From: Haliotis rubra
Lineage: Eukaryota
Length of the DNA stretch: 64,000 nt
Assembly: GCF_003918875.1 (NCBI RefSeq)
Contig: NW_025765359.1
Span: 620,001 to 684,000 of the forward strand
Direction: 5' to 3'
Position numbers and translations under genes: made by a program
The notes under the pieces: model-generated
Database searches by the model: none
What the model was told of the DNA's origin: nothing
The model's input: only the letters and a program-made list of their open reading frames with translations
Part shown: piece after piece, positions 49,901-61,900 of the stretch
How the letters are laid out: each line of letters begins with the position of its first letter
Numbering within the stretch: the stretch's first letter is position 1

Positions 49901-52900
49901 ACTTTAGTGATGTCCGATAAATAAGGTCAAGGATACTTGTTATTTTTTTGTCATTTTTGTAGTTTAGCATATTGGATGTATTTCATCAAAAAAAAAATCA
50001 AATTGTTTCTGCAGACGCCCCAGATGCTCCCAGAGACCTTGCTATTGCCAAGTACGACAAGTTCTCCTGCACCTTGGAATGGAAGCCTCCATTGTCTGAT
50101 GGCGGCAACCCTGTCACAGGTAGGGAAACAGATCACCTGACACATGTGTTACATAATGGGCACGGTGGCCTTGATATATTACGTGCCATAATTCGCTATG
50201 CAGAGTTGCATCCCTTGTGTACACAAAACCTGTGATCATGTTCAAACCCCTGTCCACCACAATTCTAGGTTTTCTGTACCATACCCTACTGTAGTAAACA
50301 TTTGAGACACACATCATTCTAACTCTCCTCTCATATTAAGCTGACATGGATGATTTAACTGGAATAATGTTCAATTAGTGTTAAACCCATCTCACTCAGA
50401 TTATTTTGTTGAATTGATGTAATTGTCATACCATTTGAAAACACAATGAATATAGCAGAGTATAGATATATCTATACTTGATATGGATCCTGTCAACAAG
50501 TATTTAATTTGTGAGATACATGGATGGTAGGCTGTTATGGACTTGTTTCTTCTTTAAGTCAAATTTATTGAAGTTGCCTGTTCATAAAATGTGTTCCTCT
50601 TTGACAATCTATTGTTGTTTCTGTCTGTAGGCTACGCTGTCGAGAAGAGGGAACGTGGCCGTGACTGGATCAGGGCGAGCTCCTTCCCTGTCCCCGACAC
50701 TTCCTTCACTGTGCTCAACCTGAAGGAAGGCAGTGATGTGGAGTTCCGGGTTATGGCCGTGAATGAGGCCGGTCCAGGCAAACCCAGCAAGTCCACACCT
50801 TCTCACACCGTTCGGGATCCCATCTGTAAGTGGACTCACTCTCTCACTCTCATGGGAATAGTCTTGCGGTTAAAGTGTTTGCTTGTCATACCTAAGATTC
50901 AGATTCATTTCCTCATTTGGTTGTCATGTCGGAAGACAGATGTTAGTGTCCAACATTGTGATATGGCTCGAATATTGCTAAAACTAGTGTTAAATCTCAC
51001 TCACAAACCAAGTCTTCAGTTCAAAAAATTGGCAGAGCGTATGGACACCATCTTGTGCATAGTCTCCAAATTGATAACATATTTTCAAATACTATACATC
51101 TTCTCCCCCAGTCCCTGCCGGTTCGCCAACTCAGCCCAACGTGGACAAAATCACCAAGAACTCTGTTGGCCTGTCCTGGAACAAACCAACCAGCGATGGT
51201 GGCAGCAAACTCACAGGGTATGTTATTGAGAAGAAGAAGAAGGGTGAAGACGATTGGACGGAGTGTCTGACTCTTCCTGCTACCGCCACGCAGGGAACTG
51301 TGCCTAATCTGAAGGAGGGCGATGAATATTCATTCCGCATCCGGGCTGTGAATGGTGCCGGTCTTGGAGAACCCAGCAGGCCGACAAATGTGCTCACAAT
51401 TGAGGATCAACCAGGTAAAAAATGCCCACACACCATTCTGACCATTTTATGATACATTAATGGAGTAATGATGAGAATCTGTAGATTCCTGAACTGAATG
51501 CAACGAGCTCTGACGATTCATTATAAGTTTCTGATGTCATGATAATGGTTTACTACAGGGCAAATATTCAGATGCATCTATTTTAGTGTCACAGTTCAAT
51601 TTTGCTGAAGGTTAATCAGTCATGGTATTCATTTCATGCAGATTTTATACAGATTGTACAAATAAAATATTTCATTTTTTTTAAAGGATTTGTCTAATTT
51701 TTACAGTTTGATAATGTTCTTACCATAACAAATTAGTGTTTCTTTTAAGTATCAATAGACTTCTTTAGGATCCTATGTTGAATTGTATTGTTTAAATACA
51801 TTGTGCTTACTATTGATATGATTTATGCAATCAAACAATCTTCCTTCACAGAGAAGCCCAAGATGGATATGACTGGAGTGAGGGACATCACTGTCAAGGC
51901 TGGACAGGAATTCCAGATCAAGATCCCCTTCGTAGCCACGCCCAAACCCAAGGCTACATGGAAGCTTGGTGATGATGAGGTGGAGGAATCTGCTAGAACA
52001 ACATTCAAGGTGAGGGTCATTGGTTAGATCAAAGGGAAGTAACTTGTGTGCAAGAATAGAAGACCACTAGTAAATATATGAATTGCTTGGACTCATTATT
52101 TGGATGCTTAATGTAAATTGTACTGGATTGCAAAAGACAAAATGTAAGAAATTTGCTTTTTGGATATTTATGTATACATTTCAGTCTGCACTGAATGTTT
52201 TACTGGTGTAATTTTTCTGCATTGTTTATATACAATATATATTTGGTGTGTATGCGGTGTTTGTGTTTGTTGAAGAACATCTGTAGCAGTAGCAGTACAT
52301 AAAGTCATAGTGTAGGCCCGCCACTTCCCAACACCTGAATTCACCAAAATTTTGTTTAGTCACAGAGTCACTACCTTGTAGATTATAACAAATCTATGCA
52401 CAAAATAGATATGATTTTCTTAATGTTTTGAATTATCAATAGTGTGTTGTAATAAATATACCACATACTAAACATTATCTTCCAAATTTCATTCTTAAAC
52501 AGAATTCATTTTAACATGTATATGGACACATGTGATGTACCTGTATATTCACATATATGATATACCTGTATATTCACATCGTTGATCTATCAGTTAATTC
52601 ATATGTGTGATCTACCTATAAATCCATATTTGTGATTTACCTATTTATTCACATGTGTGATCTACCTGTATATTCACACCTGTGATCTACCTGTATTTTT
52701 ACCTGTCCACACCATTTCACCTACCTGCAGTACTGAGAGCACTTTGTTTTGCATGTGTCTAGATTCTAGATGGTAAAGGTCCCAAGGTCAGTTGTACAGC
52801 CATGGAATGAACGTATTCTGTATATGTTCTGAGTAGCTAGAACCAACACCTGGTGTCTTAATGAACATCATCTATATCATTAACATATCATACTTTCAGT

Positions 52901-55900
52901 TGAAAGGAAAAAAAGGATTTATCCAGGAAACACAGAAAAAGTACCTATGGTCTTATAGGAATGGTCATATCTTGAAAACTCTTGAAACGTTTACTTTGGT
53001 TAATGTGATGTTTGAACATGGTTAATTTTCACTTCTTTGAGCGGCATTATAGAAATTGGGAAGTACAATATTGACAAATTTGTGGATCACACTCACACTC
53101 ACAAAATAAAAGAAGTTGTTATCCATAAATTTGTCAGTATGGTTAATAATGAAATGAGAATTTTCACTGACGTTTTTTAAAAACATACAGCCAGAAATTG
53201 TTTTCTCATAAAATAAGGGGCAGTGGGGTAGTCTACTGGTTAAAGCGTTGGCTCATCACGCCGAAGACCCAGGTTTGATTCCCCACATGGGTACAATGAG
53301 TGAAGCCCATTTCTGGTGTCCCCCGCCGTGATGTTGCTGGAATATTGCTAAAAGAGGCGTAAAACCAAAACTCAGTCAGTCAGTCATAAAATATGGATAA
53401 GTCCTTTCAAACATTGTTTCAACTCATGTTGTCAGTTTTCTTATTTCTCCATCAAACAAATCACTTTGTAACTAACTCTTGTGTACACTGTGATCTAGAT
53501 ATTAGATATGTTATTCTTACATTGTTTGCATCTGAGATATAAGATAGTTTTTATTTTTCTGTTTGCGTATTTTCATATCAACTGCCAGGTAACAGAGAGT
53601 ATACATCCATGGTGATGCATTAACTATGGTATCACATGGGATGCCTACATTATATCACTCTCAAAATGGGTTGTGTTTTTGGCCTGAAGTTTACAGTGTT
53701 TGGGGAATTCTTTGTGCTCATGCGAGCCGTGCCAATTTACACTTGTCAGAGGGAACACAAACTATCAGGTCTAGACTACCAGTCGTCAGACTTCCATTTA
53801 TTTGGAAGAAACGGTGGCTGAGTGGGTTAGATCGCTGATTTTGTGTCTTGGTAATTTGGTTCCTCACTCTTAGAGTGATGGGACACAAACCCCCAGAGTA
53901 CTAGAATCAGTACTTTCTGAAAAAGTATAATCCTGAACATAACATATGCAATGTTTCAGCACAGTACCATTTATACTTTCTTTTGCCTGTCAGTTTACAT
54001 CCATCTTGAAGTATATGTTTCACGTAATTAAATATTTTGCTGTCTTATGACTAACAAGATGAAGTTAAAAAATCTTTTCCGATGTTGGTAATCAGGCCTG
54101 ACCAATTTAGTTTCAAGTTTATCATATGAACAATTCCAGTATGTTGTTACGTTCACACAGAGACCATATGGTTAAAACAAATTATCATAAAGTCCTTGTT
54201 TCAACAGGCTGTGGGCTCATGTGGCCAAGTAGCCTTACCACAATTCACTGTGCAGGGTTGCCTCCCTTTTATACAATGGGTTTTTTCTGTATCTACGAAA
54301 TGCTTGTTTCACTTCCTGATGATTGTCGGATAAAATTACACAAGAAATTAAATGGTCTGGCCTTGTCATGTAATCCTAATACGTTGATTTCATAGCAAAT
54401 GTTGTGATAAATATGATGCATGTAAGGTTGAAGAAGACGACAATTTCTCCATCATATAGCACTAACATCTCTGTTTTATATTGATATGGGGATTCTTATG
54501 TATACTCTGTTTNNNNNNNNNNNNNNNNNNNNNNNNNNNNNNNNNNNNNNNNNNNNNNNNNNNNNNNNNNNNNNNNNNNNNNNNNNNNNNNNNNNNNNNN
54601 NNNNNNNNNNNNNNNNNNNNNNNNNNNNNNNNNNNNNNNNNNNNNNNNNNNNNNNNNNNNNNNNNNNNNNNNNNNNNNNNNNNNNNNNNNNNNNNNNNNN
54701 NNNNNNNNNNNNNNNNNNNNNNNNNNNNNNNNNNNNNNNNNNNNNNNNNNNNNNNNNNNNNNNNNNNNNNNNNNNNNNCGTATTTACCATAAGAAGTACC
54801 CAAGGCACTTTTTTTATGAAGGGGACACCTAATAAAACCTTATACTGCAAGTTAAAATTTGTCTAATGTGTAAACTTTCCAACTTGGCATTTATTAAGCT
54901 GATGTACAGACAGGTCTGGAGGTTGACCAGAGGGATCCTACTGGAGCAGGGTTGTTACTATGGTCAATACGGTAGTGAGTGCTGGGTGACAATAATATCG
55001 AATGTGTCATTGTGACAACATGTAATTGTAGATGCGAGTGAAATCTTTGTAGAATCATATAAACCTATTTGTAGGTGTGAAATCACAGATACATAGTGTG
55101 TGAAGATAGAATCTTACCTAATAAGAGGTGTAGTTTGTGTATTCATGAATAGACATAATATGTGTGATCAAACTGACACTTTTAGGTGATATAGACAGAA
55201 ACTCATGGCAACAGTTTGTGACTTTTCTATTTGTCTCTAACATCACCAATAGGAGCACTTAATTGTGAAGCACTTAGTCAAGATGCACTAAGTTAAGATG
55301 CACTTAGTTGAGATGCATTTAGTCAAGAAACAAAGAAACAATCTTGAACTAATAGGCTAGCCATTTGTTGACAAAATTTAGATACCTATTGTCAAATATG
55401 GCTAGATTTTTACATATATTTAGAAAATTCAGTGTGTTCATTCTGACCTTCTAGCTCGGAGAAGATCTCGCTGTCCTGGCTGTTGCCAAGTCAAAGCGCG
55501 AAGATGCTGGCCGATACTCTCTGACCCTGAAGAATCCATCTGGATCAGAAACCGTGCTTCTCAATGTCAACGTCCTTGGTAAGTAGATGATGAAGCTGAG
55601 ATGCATAAAAGATTGTAAAAGGTTATTCCTTGAAGGCGTTTCTTTCATGTGATATAAATCAGAATTTCCATGTCACATCTTGCTATCATGTTGTTTGAAA
55701 ACTCATTTAATTCTTATTATCGTGTTCAATTATTTTTCCATACCATATTCTCTGTGATTGTGTGAAGTGCTTTGAAAATTAAGTCTGGTTGGTTCTTTTC
55801 AACCATAGAAGAGAGAATCGGCTTGGTTCAAATGAAGATATTTTTTATAATGGTTACTTAGTAATTACATACTCCTACAATGCTTGTTTCTTTCTGCTAA

Positions 55901-58900
55901 ACAATCTGCACCATATCCAAGAAAATACGTACTGTCATGTCTGGGGTGTATGTCAGGCTGTCTCACATTGAAACAAAGACAAGAGTGTTAGTTTTCACGT
56001 CATGTACTTGCTTCAGACAAACCCAAGCCTCCAAAGGGACCGATCACCGCATCAGAAATTGATGGTGAATCCATGACCTTGAACTGGCAAGCTCCCGTGG
56101 ACAGTGGCGGTGAGCCCATCGCCAACTACATCGTGGAGAAGCGCAAGGCCGGCAGCAACCGGTGGCAGAAGGTCAGCAAGCTTCGTGTCCAGCCCCAAGT
56201 GCACCGTCAGGAACCTGGAACCCGGGGAGAAGTACGAGTTCCGCATCATGGCTGAGAACTCTCAGGGCGTCAGTGAGCCACTTGAGACAGATGAAGCTAT
56301 TCTCTCCAAGCTGCCATTTGGTAAGAAGCATTTTCAAATATTGTGAAGTATACAAAAGAAACAGTGTAGCGTGGTTGTTGTTTAATGCCCAGTTTAATGG
56401 CAGCAGTCTGTAAATTCTTTAGTCTGGACCAGGCAATCCAGTGATAAAGAGTCAAGTAATATATTTTCTATGACAAAAATAGTCAGGTTTTAAGTATGTT
56501 TTTCTCAAGTCTTTTATACAATAAACTAATATTTATAACAAGCACACTTGCTGTCTAATTTATGCGTAAAACAAACAATAGTTGTAATGAATGGGGATAA
56601 TGATGTTCTCAAAATGTTTAAGTTCAATTTAAGGTCACTAATAGTCATTACACAAAATAATGCTTGTTTATATGGTTTTGTTCTAATCATCTTCATATGT
56701 TCATAGATCCCCCTTGAGCTCCCAGCTCCCCCAAGAGTATTGGAACCACCGAGGACTCCATCACCTTGTCATGGAACCCACCCAAGAGAGATGGTGGCGC
56801 CGAGATTCTTGGATACCAAGTGGAGAAGAGAGAAAAGGGAGATAACAAGTGGACCAAGTAAGTGGCGCCGATGGACAGTTACATGACCAAGTTCCTGACA
56901 GACAACTTCAGTGCTGTGCTTCTGCTATTGTCAGTTATTTATGAACCATGCAGTATGATATAAACCACAGAACATACAAAATTAATTCACCCAAACAAAT
57001 AATTATTAATTAGCTCATAGGTCTATGTTACATATAGGACTTATAACAGTTGTAGTGCTGAGATCACTCAATTTTGAGTCAACATTGTCAGTGTGGTTTG
57101 TTTTATCAAAAAGATCCATTTAATGAAAGGTTTGTGGAATGGGCTTTTATCAATGGTTCACAAGTTGAGGTTCAACGTTATCCATCACGTTCATCAGTTA
57201 TATTTGTTTGTTTGTTGTTTTATGCTGCACTCACCAATATTCCAGCTATATGGCAGCAGTCTGTAAATAATTGAGTCTGGACCATACTATCCAGTGATCA
57301 ACAACATAGGCATCGATCTACGCAATTGGGAACCGATGACATGTGTCAACCAAGTCAGCGAGCTTGACCACCAGACCCCGTTAGTCGCCTCTTACAACAA
57401 GCATGGGCTGCTGAAGATCAATTCTAACCTGATCTTCACGGGTTATAACAGCAAATAGATGACAGTAAATGTAGATTATGCCTATAACCAATGTATGCTT
57501 TGACATGGCCAGTATATTGTCACTGATTATTCTGACACTAACTGTGTTTGTTGTGTCTTGCAGGGCCAATGTGTCTGACATCAACGACACAGAATACACA
57601 GTCAAGGGTCTGCAAGACGGCAAGGACTACGAGTTCCGCGTGTGTGCCGTCAATGCCGCTGGGCCCGGAGAACACAGCGAGTGCTCCGATTCCATCAAGG
57701 CACAACCACCTCCAAGTAAGTCAGTATACTATAGAGATGAGACTTCTGCAGAATAAAGCCAGCTGCATCCTGATGATGTACGCATCTGATGCCTTCAGTG
57801 AAGATATACTGCCAGTAAAAAGACAGTATACACCATTCTAAATGCTGGCTAACATTTGGCGAAAGATGAATGGTTATTTGTTAGTTTTGCAGTTGATATG
57901 GTAGAATAGCTGCCTTCTACCCCTGAAATTTGCATGGGTTTAGTTCAACTGCTTCATTTGGGTAACCTTGAAATTTAAGTGTTTGTTTATTATGCCTCAA
58001 TCCATGTTCAAATCCCATCATGGTTTCAATGCTGGAAGCCCAAGTATGGTATCCTCTGCCATCAGATGGGTTGTATGTTTCTCAAAGTTCACTCCATTGC
58101 TGTTCCCTACTTCCGAGTTGGTGGGGTAGCCTAGTGGTTAAAGTGTTCACTTGTCATGCTGAAGACCCGGGTTGATTCCCCACATGGGTGAAGACTATTT
58201 CTGGTGTCACCAGAAATATTGTTGGAATATTGCTAAAAGCGGTATAGAATAAACTCACCCACCTTATTTCCAAGCCTTCGTGTGGTGTTTTCTCTATCAC
58301 TGTGGTGAAAGTGTGTCAAGTCATATTTTATGATGTTGTTCCCAGTGGCACCAAAGATCAACCGAGACTTTGCAATCCGTGACGTTGTAGCCAAGGTTGG
58401 AGAACCATTCAAGATATCCATTCCATTCAATGGCAGACCTATACCTACCGCCGCCTGGACTCAGGTCAGTCTCCTCAAACCTTCTTAATAAGAAGCAAAG
58501 ATTCTGGTGGAAAGAATAAATATAAAAGTGACGGAAGGACCAGTACAAATTCAAGTCCAAGACTGAAAAACTTTCACTTTTAACAAGCATTTTGTTTACT
58601 TGATGATTAGGCTAATGACATATCGGAATGATGATGATGATGATGATGATGATGACGATGATGATGATGATGTGTTGCAGGGAGGTCTCACAGTACATGA
58701 GACAGATCGTGTTAAGTTCAGGAACGACCCCACGGAGATCTTGTTGCTCAACAAGAAGGCCGAGAAGGGAGACACAGGCAAATACACCGTGTTGTTGACC
58801 AACGAGAAGGGAAGCGACTCCATCTCACTCAACGTCACTGTGTTCGGTAAGTTTGTCCCTAATACATACAGTAACCACATTCAGTTCTGACAGCTACCTG

Positions 58901-61900
58901 AATAACAGCAGGTTCTTATTATAACCCTGATATTAATAGTTCCAAATTGAGGTCCCTTGACTTAATTTTATAGCAGAATATCTCTGGGACCCCAGTATCC
59001 ATTTAATTTCAAATGTAAATTTGTTCAAAAGCAAACAAGATTTTTTCAAATAAGACATATCTCTGTATGCCAGTTAACTTCAAGTAGAAAGATGATGGCC
59101 AAAATAGTTGTCCTTTAATGGCTTTGTAGGTTGGCACATTGGATAGTGTACTAGCTCATCCAGCTTAAGACCTGGGTTTAATTCTTCCTTGATTAAAGTC
59201 CATGTTTTGTGTACTTCAAAGATATGGTTACCATAGTGATCATGTAAACAAACCATACACAAGACTCAGTGGATGTCTTGAGTAAAGATGCTATGTTTTT
59301 AACTGCTGCATACAAGACCTGTTGTGGCTCTTGACTGAGTATTATGTAGTGAACTGACTTTTTCTTCAGATGCTCCATGCAAACCTGAAGGACCCCTGGA
59401 CGTGTCAGAGGTCACACCAGACTCCTGCATTCTTAAATGGTCTCCACCAAAGGTGTGTGATGATGAAGCTTATTGAGATAGTTTGACAAATTTGAGTTTT
59501 ATTATTATTTGAAATTATGTTTTACTTGTTTCATTACACATTAAGGTCACCAATGAACATTTCATAACATCTTTATGGTTGGTGAATTGAAGCAAACATA
59601 TATGAAGTTTAGGAATAACATAAATGGTGAAAAATTATGGATGTCAACTTCTTTATTATGAGGAACACAACATTATGTAGTATATTCTTATTCCTTAATC
59701 ATGTGAACGATGAAATGTTGTTCCTCAATATAAAGAAGCTGACAATCATAAATTTACACTTATTTTGTGTATCAAAGACCTTTAGGATTAACTTTAGGAA
59801 ACTTTTGTACACAGAGGGGGTAGGTGACTAAAGTATAAGTCAGATTTACAATATCAATCTATTTTTTGGATGCTTGTCAAAGCACCTTTGATTTTATCCA
59901 AATTAAAAATATTCAAAGTTGAAAAATGAAAGAGAAGCATAATTCCATGTTTTTCTCTGGCACAGGAGGACGGCGGCAGCCCCATCAGCAACTACATCGT
60001 TGAGAAGCAGGACAAGAGGACGGGCAAGTGGGAACCAGTCACCAAGTTTGTCCGTGGAACCAGCTACGAGGTCATGGGTCTCACTGAAGGTCATGAGTAC
60101 AACTTCCGTGTGTCAGCTGAAAACGAACATGGCATCAGTGAGCCATTGGAGACGACCATGTCTGTCTGTGCTCAATACCCATACAGTGAGTAGAGTGGAT
60201 TGTTCATTTGTTGTTTCAGAATTGTCTGTCTGTGCCTAGTATCTGTAAGACAATTGTATGGGTTATTCGTCTATGGTACTTGTCTATTAGGCAAGTTTGG
60301 GGCGATGGGGTAGCCTAGTGGTTACAGCTTTGGCTCGTCACGCCGAAGACCCGGGGTTCAAATCCCCACATGGGCACAATGTGTGAAGCCCATTTCTGGT
60401 GTCCCCCGCCGTGATGTTGCTGGAATATTGCTAAAAGCGGCATAAAACCAAACTCAGTCAGTATTAGGCAAGTTCCTATTCATGGTGTTGTGTATATTAT
60501 TCATCCAGTGTGTAACGATGGCCTGTCTGTGCCAAGTACTTGTACAGAGATATCAATATTTAGTACCTTGGACTGTTCGACAATTTCTCTGGTTGTGACC
60601 TGCAAAACTGTGATCATATTTGTAGTTTCAAGAAGGGTTATATTCAAGCACTGTATATAAGTAACATATAAATAACAGCTATTTCAAACGAAATGCAAAG
60701 TTTTGCTGTCAACCAACATCAGTGACTATAATGACTGACATCACAAGTTGACAAAATGTCAGATATTCAACCCCATGTATAAGGTAGCCCCACTTTAAAA
60801 CCCAATAGTTCCAGAAATGAAAATCCGCCTTATGTATGGCAATATATGATAGCTATGTAGTGCAATGTGCGGGCTGTGCCTGAAAGTTACTAGCCCACAA
60901 AGGTATTCACTGGCCTGAAATTTGAATGTAGACACAAGTTTCATCCTTAAGCTGCTAATATAATGAACATTTTTATCAGGCCATAATCTTGCATGATGTA
61001 AAAGTGTATTATAACTTAATAAGTCGGGTAGAGTGATATACATGTATTTACAAAATGACCCCTTGAAAATTCACTAGCCAGTCGGGCCAGTGACTGTGGA
61101 TATTTACTGGCCCGACTGGATTTTTACTAACCACGGGCTAGCGGGACAGTGGCTATTTCGAACACTGATGTAGGGGCATGGCAACATATTCTTTTTCTAT
61201 ACAGTCCAAACATCTTCACCTTCCATCAGGATTTATCGGTTTTGAAACACTAAATAGGAAAGTAATTTCATCGTTATGTGTATTATTTCCAGCAACTCCC
61301 GATCCACCATCTACACCTGAGGTGCTGGATGTTGATGATGGCAGCGTCACTCTGTCCTGGGCTCGGCCCAAGAACGACGGAGGCAAGAAGATTCAAGGCT
61401 TCGTTATTGAGTACAAGGAGCCCAGCAGTGGCAGATGGAAGACCTACAACGATGCTCCCATCAAGGAAACCACAACAACATGTGAGTACACAGGGCTGGG
61501 GCACAGCGGGGTGGATCAGGGCAAGGGTGGGTGGGGCAGGGCACTAATCATGGTGCTTACAGAGCAGGGCATGGTTGTACAAGTAAATATTCTATCTTAG
61601 TCTAAAAAATATACTCCATCAAGGACTAATTTTTGATGATTGTGACATGTTTCCTTGCTTGCCTAGTGAACAAGACGTTTAACTTGACATTGATGTTGCT
61701 GATGTTGTTGTTGTTGATGTTGGTGATTGTGTCCCCAGTGGAAGGCCTAAAGAAGGATGCTGAGCTGGAGTTCCGTGTGAGGGCTAAGAACAGCGCCGGT
61801 CTTGGAGAGCCCAGCAGCTCGACAGGACCCGTCTTGATCAAACCAAAATACAGTGAGTGGACACCTAAATCCACAGAGCACCTTCCATGTTCTTTGATGC

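Noticed and set aside
54462-54866. ORFs spanning poly-X
   Set aside because: Artefacts of the N gap
56715-56717. Selenocysteine or read-through TGA in twitchin
   Set aside because: The position is a Gly in the Fn3 PGAP motif, not a Cys, and the gene has several similar homopolymer-edge errors
61065-61167. One end of a hAT-like DNA element (…GCTATTTCGAACACTG)
   Set aside because: No matching opposite TIR or TSD found, so boundaries cannot be given
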